A stretch of DNA of 63,673 bases, filler included, from Octopus bimaculoides (lineage: Eukaryota): the NCBI RefSeq assembly GCF_001194135.2. It is 7 parts of 6 records of this genome, joined end to end, with 100 filler letters (N's around TTAATTAATTAA, not from the genome) between each part and the next. Parts side by side here need not be neighbours in the genome. Positions count along the whole stretch, not along the records: positions 37,343 to 45,034 come from NC_068985.1; positions 45,135 to 50,762 come from NC_069004.1; positions 50,863 to 57,767 come from NC_068985.1; 4 more parts are not named here. The stretch is one strand, 5' to 3'. Of this stretch, positions 39,720 through 51,545 are shown one piece after another (position 1 is the first letter of the stretch; the number at the start of each line of letters is the position of its first letter). The position numbers were made by a program, and so were the translations under genes. The notes under the pieces are model-generated. The model was not told where the DNA came from. It saw only the letters and a list, made by a program, of their open reading frames with translations, and made no database searches.

Positions 39720-40044
39720 TATATATATACGAGTGAGTGGACAAACGAAAGAAGGGCACTCAACACTTTTAATGAAAGTTATATATATATACATATATAT
39801 ATTTATTTAGTTCTGTTGTGTCTGGGGAGAGTCATTTTCTTTTAGTGCCTTATAATTTAACACACACACCGGTAAAATTTCCACTCATTTATTTATTTAT
39901 TTCTCTAAAATTTTTGTTGTGTCTTCCATCTTTTTCAATAGCGTGTTAAACTATAAGGAACTAAAGGAGAATGACACAACAAAATATGCTTCAACACGCG
40001 AACTCACATAAAAAATCTTTCAAACCAAATCCAAAAACAAAACA

Positions 40045-40175
40045 TATACCTCCTGAGTTCAAATTCCATCGAGATCAACTTTACCTTTCATCCTTTCGGG
40101 GTCGATAAATTAAGTACCAGTTGCGTACTGACCCTTTCCCTCAAAATTTCGGGCCTTGTGCCTACAGTAGAAAAG
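40045..40175 (+). mobile_element. SINE family B, 5'-truncated
   Basis: CTGAGTTCAAATTCC..CATCCTTTCGGGGTCGATAAATTAAGTACCAG..GGGCCTTGTGCCT. Confidence 0.85.
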
Positions 40176-40209
40176 TATATACACATATATGTATATATAA
40201 ATACACACA

Positions 40210-40366
40210 CGTGGCTGTGTGGTAAGTAGCTTGCTTACCAACCACATGGTTCCGGGTTCAGTCCTACTGCGTGGCACCTTGGGCAAGTGTCTTCTACTAT
40301 AGCCTCGGGCCGACCAAAGCCTTGTAAGTGAATTTGGTACGCGGAAACTGAAAGAAGCCCGTCGTT

Positions 40367-40398
<32 letters not shown>

Positions 40399-40560
40399 CG
40401 TGTGTGCGTGTGTTTACGTCCCCGTAACTCAGCAGGTCGGTAAAAGAGAGCGATAGAGTAAGTACTAGGCTAACAAAGAATAAGTCCTGCGTTCGAATTA
40501 CTCGACTAAAGGCGGTGCTCCAGCATGGCCACAGTCAAATGACTGAAACAAGTAAAAAAA
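40210..40560 (+). mobile_element. SINE family A, near full length
   Basis: Same head, body and tail as the 34152 copy. Confidence 0.9.
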
Positions 40561-41169
40561 AAAGACCCCCCACACACACACACACATATTCGCGCGCGCA
40601 TACACAGCGGACTTCATCACATTTCCCTCTGCCAAATCCACTCACAAGGCCTTGCTCAGCCCGAGGCTTCACAAAACACTAGATTTAAACAACGAGAAAT
40701 ATTTTCAATTATCGACATTGAATTATCTACCATTAAGAGAGTAATCAAGAGTTATTTCCCTTACACCGCTTTTAATACGCTATGTATTTTTCTTTATTCC
40801 TTTCGTTTATCTCCACAGTTATCTTTGTCTCCTTTGACCGATTTTGGATCTAAATAAAAACATGCTGTTGAATCTAGATTAATGCATTCTCTTCACTAAA
40901 TACATACGCGCGCGTGCATATCATTATAATTAGATTTATTGCTATTATCATGACAGAATCAGTAGCTCCCCGGACGGGGCCGATGTAATCGACTAGCCCC
41001 ACCTTAAAATCTCAGGTTTTGTGCCTATTATAGAAAGGATTATTAAGACCAAGGGCGGACTGAGAGTATAAAAGGCCATCGGGCATAACTATTTATTGGG
41101 CCCCTTTGAATGTGTGTTTTAGTAGGGTTAACATGTAGAGTGCGGGTCCCTCAGAGCTCCGGACATTTG

Positions 41170-42512
41170 TCTGAATCGTTTGCATGTTGGGGGCGAAATT
41201 TCTAGTAACATTTCGTCCGTGTTTATGTTCTGAGTTCAAATTCCACCGAGGTTGACTTTCAGTCCATTCGGGGTCGATAGAATACGTACCAAGCTGAGCA
41301 CTGGAATTGATGTAACCGACTATACCTCTCCCCCAAAATATTCAGGCCTTATACTTATAGGAGAGAGAAGAATATTCTCATTATTATTGTAATTACCGCG
41401 CCGAACAAAATGCTTAACGATATTTCGTCCGTCTTTAAGTTCTGAGTTCAAATTCCGCCGAGGTCGTCTTCGCTTTTTATCCTTTCGGGGTCGCTAAATT
41501 AAGTACCAGTTTCGCACTGGAGTTGATATAATCGGCTAGTTCCCTCCCCATAAATGTGAGGCCTTGTGCCTCCAAAAGAAAGGGTTATTAGTATAATTAC
41601 TGCACCAAACAAAATGCTTAGCGATATTTCGTCCGTCATTAAATTCTAAGTTCAAATTTTGCCTTTCATCCTCGCGGGGTTGACAAATTAAGTACCAGTC
41701 GAGCACTGAAACCAATGTACTCGGTTTAGCCCCAGCCTCCAAAATTTCGGGCCTTGTGCCTATAATAAAAAGAATCATTATAAGACCACGAGCTGGCAGA
41801 AGATATGCCTAGTGGCATTTAGTCCGTCTTTACGCTTTGAATTCATATTCTGCTTGTTGAGCGCTGGGGCTGATATAATTGACTCGCTCCCTGCCCTGAG
41901 AATTTCTGACCTTATGCCCATAGTAGAAAGAATTATTATTACTATTATTATTATTATTAAGGCGGTGAGCTGCCAGAAACGTTAGTACGCCAGGGAAAAT
42001 GCTTAGCGGCATCTCGTTCTGAGTTCAAATTAAGCCGAGGTCGACTTCGCCTTTCATCCTTTCGGGGCCGATAAAATAATACCAGTTGAACACTGGAGTC
42101 GATGTAATCGACTCATACCCTCCCCTAAAAGTGCTGCCCTTGTGGCATAATTTTGAAGCCATTAGTGTTGTTGTTATTGTTAGGATACAATTGTCAAATG
42201 GTCAAACCAAATTCCTTCCGTCATTTCTTCGAACTCTTTCCGTTCTGGGTCTGAGTTCAAATCTTGCCAAGACCAACTTTGCCTCTCAGCCTTTTGAGTT
42301 CAATACCAGTCAAGTATCGGGCGCCAATATCGAGGAATAACCTTCTCTCAAAATGGATGACTTTGTACTTACATGACAAGGTGGCAAGCTGGCCGAATCG
42401 TTAGAGCATCGGGAAAATGCCTTATTCTATATCTTCCCGTTCTTTACGTTCTGAGTTCAAATCCCGCCGATGCCAACTTTAACTTTCATTCTTCTGGTGT
42501 CTGTAAACTAAA
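41170..42512 (+). mobile_element. head-to-tail train of seven diverged SINE family B copies
   Basis: Copies at about 41170, 41397, 41600, 41783, 41959, 42183 and 42378. Each retains a GAGTTCAAAT-like box, and most retain the CCTTGTG tail. Confidence 0.85.
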
Positions 42513-42515
42513 TCA

Positions 42516-42796
42516 ATGAGTATCTGATCAATAAGTATCCGGACTGTTGCCATAGAAATGAAGCTAAAGCACGCAAAGCAAAGCCGTTTGGCAAATATTG
42601 ACATTACACTCTGCTGTGCATGCGCACTAAGTTTTAACGTTGTAGCTCACTCCCACTGTCTACAGCAGTGCTTGGAAGGAATGGGTGTAGCGTGTGATCG
42701 CCGTATTGACAATGACAGAGAAAGTTGAGCAGAGAATCTGCTTCAAATTCTGCCAAAAGCTTGGTGATACCTGCTCAGATGCCTACGCAAAGTTTT
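42516..42796 (+). mobile_element. mariner 5' end (TIR, leader, first 28 codons)
   Basis: TIR-like TCTGATCAATAAGTATCCGGACTG. ATG at 42712 gives MTEKVEQRICFKFCQKLGDTCSDAYAKF. Confidence 0.8.
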
Positions 42797-43218
42797 CTAA
42801 AATATTTCCTCGTTCTCGACACAATCAAGATCTTGTGTAATTGAAACCCGCGTATCCTTTTGGTCAGCTGAAAGCAGTTTTGGCACAAAGTTGGCAGACA
42901 CGTGTTTCATACCAAAATCTTCAGTGATAATGGACTGAACTGAACCGTAACTAATCTGCACATCCTCTGATAACTCACGGATGGTGATTCGATGGTGATT
43001 TCCTCTCGCAGCTGCACGCACATCTGCGTTGCTATTTTCAGTGCTGCTGGTTGCTGTTCTCGCAGAATGTTCGTCAATATCGACATTTTTTCGGCCATGT
43101 TGGAAACGTCTGAACGACTCGTACATTTGTCTGTGGCTCATACACCCCGCTCCATACACTTTCTACAACCTAGCGTAGGCCTCTGAACAGGTATCCTCAT
43201 GACAACTTTCTCTGGCAT
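42797..43218 (-). pseudogene. mariner transposase N-terminal fragment
   Basis: MPEKV..DTCSEAYARL*KVYGAGCMSHRQMYESFRRFQHGRKNV..RITIRELSEDVQISYGSVQSIITEDFGMKHVSANFVPKLL. HTH domains and a WVPREL-equivalent motif. Confidence 0.88.
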
Positions 43219-43444
43219 GGTAAACGTGTTGACTGAATTATATATAAGGCTAGAAGCTTTAATTTGTACGTTCGGAGTTGCATCTTTTAAGTACATTTCA
43301 TTGACGAGAGTCAATAAACTCGAGACATCGATGTTTGAGATTCCCGAGAGATGGCAACACTGAACGAACTGGGTGTTTTCACACCTTTTTACTATAAAAG
43401 AGATTTTTCTCCACGGTAACTGCCGTGTATTTGCCTTTAGCAGT

Positions 43445-43600
43445 TGAAATATTTCACTTCATTTCACGTTGCTCTAGTCCACTCAGTTGGCAAGAATGAG
43501 TAACTTTGCGATGGACTGGCGTCCCGTTCAGGTGGGAAATATATACGCCATTGAAACCGGGAAACCGGCCTTTATGAGTCTATATGACTCGGGAAAGATT
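43445..43600 (+). mobile_element. SINE fragment: family-C-like CORE segment joined to a V-domain-like motif
   Basis: ATTTCACGTTGCTCTAGTCCACTCAGTTGGCAAGAATGAG (shared with family C), then TGCGATGGACTGGCGTCCCGTTCAGG. Confidence 0.55.
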
Positions 43601-43769
43601 TTAGTCCTATCCTATCTTCACCGAGATTATAATAAGGTTAGAATTGCAACGGTTAGTAATCGATGCAGCTGAAACATAAGTAGGTCTATGTAAAGCTATA
43701 TTTATATATATAAAGAATTAAAGGTAATGTTATGCTACTTTGTAACAATCCTTATCATTATTATTACAC

Positions 43770-43809
<40 letters not shown>

Positions 43810-43836
43810 CATCATCATCATCATCATCATCATCAT

Positions 43837-44375
43837 TGCCTTTGCACAGCTTCTAACGCTGGAGACGTACTACTGTGTCATCTGTTCACTACCAGTGAGC
43901 TATTTTTCGAGCACCTTCCGGAGTATTTGAGCGGTTCCAAGCAGTGCTGTTTTCTGCAAGGGCTCCGACAGTATTGGTACTACTGCTACCTTTTTCATCG
44001 ACCACAACTGCTTAACTTCCCAAGCTAACCTGTCATATCTCTCGACTTTTCTTTCTTCCTTATCGCATACCGTGTTATCTGCTGGGCATGCTATATCTAT
44101 GATCCAGCATAGTTTGTTTTCTTTCTCAATTAAGATTATGTCCGGCTTCCTATTCTCTATCTCATGGTCGCACTGAATCATAAAATCCCATAGGATCTTT
44201 GTATTTCTATTTTCGACGATGCCTTCAGGTTTGTGGTCGTACCAATATTTCGCTCTGTCAAGTCCATACTTATTGCAAAGTCTCCAATGGACAAGCCTGG
44301 CTATATTGTCGTGACGCCTCTTATATTCCTCCTGGGCTAGTAGCGTACATTGGCTGGTAATATGCCACAACATTT
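43837..44375 (-). mobile_element. 5'-truncated R4/Dong-clade non-LTR retrotransposon, C-terminal REL endonuclease plus 3' UTR
   Basis: HITSQC (end of the CCHC motif), EYKRRHD, KILWDF, KPDIILIEKENKLCWIIDIACP (PD-D/E motif), LQKTALLGTAQILRKVL. The tail runs into (ATG)n(ATA)n. Confidence 0.9.
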
Positions 44376-44860
44376 TTAAATATCTACGTCGCAGACGTGA
44401 GGAAACGCTCAAAACTCGAGGAATGCGAAAAAAACGTTAATGAGTACGGGTTATTTCCCTTTAATCAGAGTTTGAGAAAAAAAGACCTTTGTAGACTCGC
44501 AGAGGCCTAACAAGCAAACGGAGATTTCCAATTTTCTATTAAGTAGCGCTTGTAGAGGATACGTTTAGAAAACATTTTATGAAGTACCCACAATACAATG
44601 AATGAGGCAGGTTGCTTTTGCAGGGTATATGATAACTGTCCAGTAGGAGACCGATGCGAGGTTGAAGGGGTCAACTATGGGGCTACGGTGATACCTGGAC
44701 CAAATATTGGTAATAACAGTAATGTAACCTCGACCATAAATATTATTAGCCGATTAACCAGGTCTCACGCCAACACAGTTGCCACGCCCCCGAGATAATA
44801 ACCAAGCCGAGACCAGCATCACAGAGAGCATCAAAGAAGATACAGGTACCACCGCCACAA

Positions 44861-44891
<31 letters not shown>

Positions 44892-45250
44892 TACATACAT
44901 ATACGCACACATATGCCAAGAAAATGGAGAATATATATGTATATATGTATGCATATATATGTGTGTGTGTGTGTGTGTGTTTACATATATATATGTATAT
45001 TGTACATATATACATATCTATGTACATTATATAANNNNNNNNNNNNNNNNNNNNNNNNNNNNNNNNNNNNNNNNNNNNTTAATTAATTAANNNNNNNNNN
45101 NNNNNNNNNNNNNNNNNNNNNNNNNNNNNNNNNNATATATATATATATATATAGACATATATAGATATATATATACAGAGAGAGAGAGATATCTATACTA
45201 GTACATACGGGATAAACAACTGAAAACATGAATGTATGTATGTATATATA

Positions 45251-45480
45251 TATTAGGATGCTTGGCCAAGTGGTTACGGTGTTGGACACACAATTGCGAG
45301 ATCGTGGTTTTCAATTCCTAGGCCAATTCTGCGTTGTGTTCTTGAGCAAAACACTCCATCCCACATAGCTCTGCGATCACTACGATACCTGAGATGTGGT
45401 ACACCGAGCAACCAGTTCGGGTAACGTCCATTTGGCTGATCTGGACGAGAATTCTTCTCAGCCTCCCTCCATCACCCGAA
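45251..45480 (+). mobile_element. tRNA-headed CORE-like SINE (family D)
   Basis: A box TGGCCAAGTGG; TTCAATTCC; GCGTTGTGTTCTTGAGCAAAACACT; then a body unlike family C. Confidence 0.65.
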
Positions 45481-46629
45481 AAAACTGGTGAATTTACCCT
45501 ATAAGTATACTGAATAACCGGATGTGTTTGTGTGCGTACATTCATGCAGGTGTCACGATGTTCGAGGCTTGTTGGAATACATTTTCTTCTGTTTGCCAAA
45601 AATCTTAAAAATTTTAGCTGCGAATTTGAACAATTGTTAACACTTATTCCTAGGACAAAGCAATATAATGGTCTGAAATCACAGATAATAGCCTAATAAT
45701 GAATGCATTTAGAGTATATTTTTGCTAAATGTCAGTCTATTTCACAAGAGCACACGTGACAACGACCATATTGGAGTAAGTAAATATATCTGGTAAACAT
45801 TAGAAAAGATAAACTTCCGGTTTATAATTATATGTTCTCTCTTGAAATTGAGGCTTTGCTTTCGAAGAATTTCTATGAAGAAAAAAAGGCGACGTTAAAT
45901 ATATTTAAGATCTACTCTTTGTGTAATCTGTTAACGGCATTGTGGCCTGTCTCCTGTATTGCTTGCATTTATGCATGTCTGTGTGTGTGTTTGTATATAC
46001 TCATATACACATACATATACTCTTATATGTTCACATATGTATGTGTGTGTGACTGTGTGTGTGTGTGTACAATTTTCCATCGTGTTTTTATGTCGTCTTG
46101 ACGGCCACCTAACGAAAAGATTGCTATGAAAACGAGAAACGTCTTCTAAATCCTTGCAACGCTCATACATGCATATATACATATAGACAGACAGACAGAC
46201 AGACATGTTTATTATATCTGACTGTATAAATGGGTATAATTATATACTTTTGCTGTGCCTGTGTAAACATACCGCAAAATAAAATGAGTAAAGGGATGTA
46301 ACTCAAGTGTGCCAATGACTATTCAAGTGATAATGGATTGAACGAAGCCTGTAAGATGTACTTTTTTATGAACAGAAACGTATTTCATAATTGGAAAAAG
46401 AAAAAAAAGGCCATTTCTGTTATTTCTTCTTCTTCTTCTTCTTCTTCTTCTTCTTCGTTGTCCTCGTCATCATCGTCGTCGATACCACCACCACCATCAT
46501 CGTCGTCGTCATCATTCTCTTCTTTCTTCATTTCGTTTCTTGTTTTTAGTTTTTCTCCTCCTCATCTTCTTCATCCTACTCCTACTACTTTTTCCTTCTT
46601 ATCTTCTTCTTCCTCTAGCGGTTCAGCAA

Positions 46630-46735
46630 AAGGTGGCCGATAGAATAATTTCCAGACTTAGTAAAAACTGGAGTCGAATTTTTCGACTAAATCATTTCAG
46701 GAAGTGCCCCAGCATAGCCGCAGTCCAATGACTGA
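46630..46735 (+). mobile_element. SINE family A, 3' fragment
   Basis: CCGATAGAATAA..GGAGTCGAATTTTTCGACTAAA..GTGCCCCAGCATAGCCGCAGTCCAATGACTGA. Confidence 0.7.
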
Positions 46736-47354
46736 TGCATTACACAAAACATATATAACGGATATAATATATTTATGCACCGAAAGAATCTGATAACGAA
46801 GAGGTAAGAAGACGATTTGGATCCTGCATAATCTCGTCAGTGACGTACACCGTTGCTGTTTAGACGCAGACCAACGTTCGTTGTATTTGCGTATCGGAGA
46901 CTACTTTCTCAAATGCATCATTCGTACGTTTTCAAATCAGTAGCGTGTTTGATTTGTTCTTTCCTCTAACTAGCAATTGGCTTCAGTAAGTTTCCTCTAA
47001 CTAGCAATTGCCTCCAGTAAGATTACTATAGTAAATTCATGCAGGAGCGGAAACCGTTTTTGAGCTAAAATCTTCAGCTTAAATTTGTTTAAATTAACAC
47101 CAGGTTATAAATGAAATTATTTAAGTTAGTCTAAAGTCTTGAGACAACCTGACATTAAATTTGATTACAGTTTAATGGAGTGAACTGTCCGTACACACAC
47201 CTACATAAACACGTATGTACGAATAGAGAAACACATTCGCATATAGACTCGTATATATAGGTATATATGTGTGTGTGTTAATACAAACAATATACACACA
47301 TACACACGCACACGGACAGTATATACGCGTAAATTAAAGTCACGCATATTTTCT

Positions 47355-47520
47355 TATATTCTTTCACGGCTATGCTGGAGCGCTGCCTTTAGTCGAGCAA
47401 ATCGACCCCAGGACTTATTCTTTGTATGCCTAGAACTTATTCTATCGGGCTCTTTTGCCGAATCGCCAGGTTATAGGAAATAAAACGCACCAACGTTGGT
47501 TGTCAAGCGATGTTGGGTTG
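47355..47520 (-). mobile_element. SINE family A, 3' half
   Basis: GGCTATGCTGGAGCGCTGCCTTTAGTCGAGCAAATCGACCCCAGGAC. Confidence 0.85.
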
Positions 47521-48238
47521 ACAAACAAACAAACAGAGAGAGAGAGAGAGAGAGAGANNNNNNNNNNNNNNNNNNNNNNNNNNNNNNNNNNNNNNNNNNN
47601 NNNNNNNNNNNNNNNNNNNNNNNNNNNNNNNNNNNNNNNNNNNNNNNNNNNNNNNNNNNNNNNNNNNNNNNNNNNNNNNNNNNNNNNNNNNNNNNNNNNN
47701 NNNNNNNNNNNNNNNNNNNNNNNNNNNNNNNNNNNNNNNNNNNNNNNNNNNNNNNNNNNNNNNNNNNNNNNNNNNNNNNNNNNNNNNNNNNNNNNNNNNN
47801 NNNNNNNNNNNNNNNNNNNNNNNNNNNNNNNNNNNNNNNNNNNNNNNNNNNNNNNNNNNNNNNNNNNNNNNNNNNNNNNNNNNNNNNNNNNNNNNNNNNN
47901 NNNNNNNNNNNNNNNNNNNNNNNNNNNNNNNNNNNNNNNNNNNNNNNNNNNNNNNNNNNNNNNNNNNNNNNNNNNNNNNNNNNNNNNNNNNNNNNNNNNN
48001 NNNNNNNNNNNNNNNNNNNNNNNNNNNNNCATGAGAACGACGTACAGTTAGAAATGTATGTTGTAATAAGGAGAGCGAGAGGGAAAGAGAGAGAGAGAGA
48101 GATAGCGTGGAGGGAGAATTTTTAAAGATGAGTTTAAACTTTCATAATTACAGTGAGAAAAGTCAATAGTAATTCTGAATTTGATCAGAGAGAGAGATAA
48201 TAGATTTATGCTAAACATTATTTTATACCACTACACTT

Positions 48239-48304
<66 letters not shown>

Positions 48305-48979
48305 GTATATATATATATATATATATACATACATACATCTCTGCTTGGGTTTCTCAAATATTCAGTTCAATCATCTGAAAGATTCAAACTTTAGGAAATG
48401 AAGTGTAAAATTATGTGGGCGTAGGTGTGTGTGTCTATGTCTGTGTGTATATGTGTATGTATATATGTGTGTGTATATATGTATATTTGTGTATATGCAT
48501 GTATATATACATATATGATTTGTATGTATATATACACATAAATATATGCATATACACCGATATACATTTGTATATTTATATACATTTACACAGATATGTA
48601 TTATGCGTGTGTGTGTATATATATATATATGTATGTGTATATTTGTGTATATATATATCTATAACTATATATATATATAACTAGATAGATATAGATGTAA
48701 AGATGTGTCTGTGTCAAAATAACATTTTCTTTAAAATTACTTTACGTTAACCAATATTAAATTATGTATAATCAGATTGAGCCACAAATTATCAAAGTGC
48801 CACTACCGCCACCATCACGATTACTACCACCACTACTACTACTACTACCACTATAACCAGCAGCAAAGTAGACTATAGTATCAACCGCAAGGAACACTAC
48901 AACTACTACTACTACGTCTCATACCAGCTCTACTCATAATGATGATGATGATGATGTTGAATAATAACGATAAGGTTTT

Positions 48980-49325
48980 AGGATCGAAGGTTGTCCATTA
49001 CATCGATAGCAACTGCCTTACTTTGTCGTCCCCGGAAGGATAAAATGCAGAGCTGACCTCGGCGCGATTTGATCTTAGAACGTTAAGCACTGGAAGAAAT
49101 GCGACTAAAAACTTTTTTCTGTCACGCTAAGAATTCTGTTAATTTTCTTTTTTTTTCTCCCGCCTGATTATTTGAACCCACATCATAAAGGTATTTCTTC
49201 TGGATTTACGTTTTAAGTTCAAACTCCACCGAGGTCGACTTTGCTTTGCATCCTTTTGAGATCGATAAAATAAATGCTAGTGAAGCACTGGCATCAATGA
49301 TTTTGATTTGCACCTCTCCCTAGAA
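48980..49325. mobile_element. two decayed SINE family B copies in opposite orientation
   Basis: Minus copy at about 48980-49150 (GGATAAAATGCAGAGCTGACCTCGGCG); plus copy at about 49190-49325 (AAGTTCAAACTCCACCGAGGTCGACTTTGC). Confidence 0.65.
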
Positions 49326-50011
49326 TTGCTATTATTACTGTTCTCATAGAAAAGCCACAAATAGCCTAGTACTCGTTCCCCCTCCCCTCCCATTACTTGT
49401 CTTGTTATTTTCTCTTGTAAGCCTCACCTGCAACATACAAACTGAGATTAAGCAGTGCACGTCACAATAGATTGGCGTCATCGTGGAATCTGGAGCTGCC
49501 ACCTTCTCAGCAATCCTTTGACACTACACCGCGATGTAACCGTAATTTACTAATGCCCTTCCTTTCGCCTGGATTGAAGTGGAGTATCGTAGCAAGAAAA
49601 TCTAGATTCCACTCGATGATGGACTGTATGTGCTAAAAACAGATTTCCAGAAGTATTTTTCACACTTCTCTCGTTAATCGGCGACCTGAAGACAGAAGAT
49701 GTCATTGCTTACGACGAATATTTGCAGATCTCTCGAGAAGAGTGATTGTGTGGCGAATAAAAAGTGATTTCTGTTAATGAAGAGGCGGATGTACTGTGTG
49801 GGGTTCAAATCGCCGGTGTTTGATGGTCTGCCATACGAGCTATATTTTCACATGTCAGACAACTTCGTTCCTGATTTTACACCTGTCTATTGCATCTCGC
49901 AGCAGACTAGGAGCATACGTAGGTGCACATCACGCACCAGCATTATAACTGACAGAAATGAAGTGAAAATGCAGATACTGTAGGGCTCCGTATATATTAT
50001 AAAGGGAGTTT

Positions 50012-50329
50012 GTGAAAGAGCATGGCGTAGTGTTTAGGGTGTACGCTTCACGGTTCGAAGGTCGTGAGTTCCGTTCCCGGCTGCACATTTCGTCCTGGAA
50101 CAAAGCATTTTATTTCTCGTTGCTCCAGTTCACTCACCTGGCAAAAATGTGTAGTACCTGTATTTCAAAGGATCGACCTTGTCACATTCTGTGTCACGCT
50201 GAATCTCTCTGAGAACTACGTTAAGAACAACGCGTGTCTGTGGATTACTCAGCCGCTTGGATGTTAATTTCACGAGCAGGCTCTCCCGTTCAACTAGAAC
50301 CCCCGTCGTCGTAATCGACGGAGTGTTAG
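50012..50329 (+). mobile_element. SINE family C, full length, 11-bp TSD with one mismatch
   Basis: A box TGGCGTAGTG, B box GAGTTCCGTTCC; homologous along its length to the 22331 copy. TAAAGGGAGTT at 50000 and TAAAGTGAGTT at 50330. Confidence 0.85.
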
Positions 50330-50862
50330 TAAAGTGAGTTAGAAAAGAAAAAGAAAAAAAAACATCATATGAAATTACCCTCGTAATTAGTAGAACATAT
50401 CTCCCTCTAGTGGAATTCAGGTTTTAAAAACAACAAATAAGCGAGGGAACTCAGTTAACTGGATGGTTGGAGACTATAACATTTGCAAAGGAATATTGTA
50501 TAACGGACATGATGCTGGACTTCGGATAAGGAAGAGGCTGGTTCGATTCAGAAAAAAAAGGGCTTCGTGTTGTATCTTTAGTCAAAGCACTTTTACTTCA
50601 AACTATTATCTTTAAAACTTGAGAAAGGCCCTCGGGGATTAGAATGACCCTTAGTGATGATAATATTCCTATGTTTTAAAAATCTATGTATTCAGTCTTG
50701 AATTTCAGACCACCAAAATTAATCCAGGTTTGTTTATGGACGGGGATTATTTTCACAGTTATNNNNNNNNNNNNNNNNNNNNNNNNNNNNNNNNNNNNNN
50801 NNNNNNTTAATTAATTAANNNNNNNNNNNNNNNNNNNNNNNNNNNNNNNNNNNNNNNNNNNN

Positions 50863-51190
50863 GAAAGGCTGCACACATCTGCTTCGGTTCCGAAATCTCG
50901 CAGTCGTTCTGGTCCACCAAAGACCGAATGGTCGCTCTGTTGCCACGCTTCGCCTCAACCACGCGGGCCCATCGAGCGGCCTTAGTCCCCTCCCCGCTTA
51001 CCGAAAGTGCTTTAGCTCTGACAACGCAGCCTTCATGCTTGGCATCAAAGTGTTGGTCGAGGGCCAACTTCGCTGCTAACACGTCGGTTGCGATGCCTGT
51101 CCTAAGAGCCTCGTCTAGTTTGTTAACTAAATCCCGCTCTGTTTTCTTACGTTCTACAGCTAGAGCCTTACTAAACCTAAGGCACAATGT
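50863..51190 (-). mobile_element. L1/Tx1-clade LINE ORF2 fragment (endonuclease-RT linker)
   Basis: SKALAVERKKTERDL..KHEGCVVRAKA..EGTKAARWARVVEAKRGNRATIRSLVDQNDCEISEPKQM resembles the EG..R / EK.T.YF..LEK.R..I..L linker. Open reading frame up to the gap. Confidence 0.7.
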
Positions 51191-51196
51191 ATGAGA

Positions 51197-51545
51197 TTTT
51201 GAGGACGGGACTTTGCCTTTCATCCTTTCGGGGTCGATAAATTAAGTACCAGTTACGCACTGGGGTCGATATAATCAGTTTAACCCGTTTGTCTGTCCTT
51301 GTTTGTTCTCTCTGTGTGTATTCCCTTGTGGGCAATAAAGAAATAAGAAAAGTTATCACGCCGGGCGAAATGTTTAGTGGTGTTTCGTCTGTCTTTACGT
51401 TCTGAGTTCAAATTCCGATTGGTCGACTTTGCCTTTCATCCTTTCGGGGTCGATAAATTAAGTACCAGTTGCGTACTGGGGTTTATCTAATCGAGTGGCC
51501 CCCTCCCCCAAAATTTCGGGCCTTGTGCCTAGACGTAGAAAAAAA
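51197..51545 (+). mobile_element. two adjacent SINE family B copies with different 3' tails
   Basis: Both carry CTTTGCCTTTCATCCTTTCGGGGTCGATAAATTAAGTACCAGTT. The tails differ (CCGTTTGTCTGTCC..CCCTTGTGGG versus CCCCAAAATTTCGGGCCTTGTGCC). Confidence 0.9.

Noticed and set aside
41170-42512. CRISPR-like reading of the regularly spaced repeats
   Set aside because: The units are 130-200 bp diverged SINE copies with no unique spacers and no cas genes, in eukaryotic context.
44598-44860. GC-richer unique segment with short ORFs (66 aa, 103 aa)
   Set aside because: No recognisable homology or clear splice borders.
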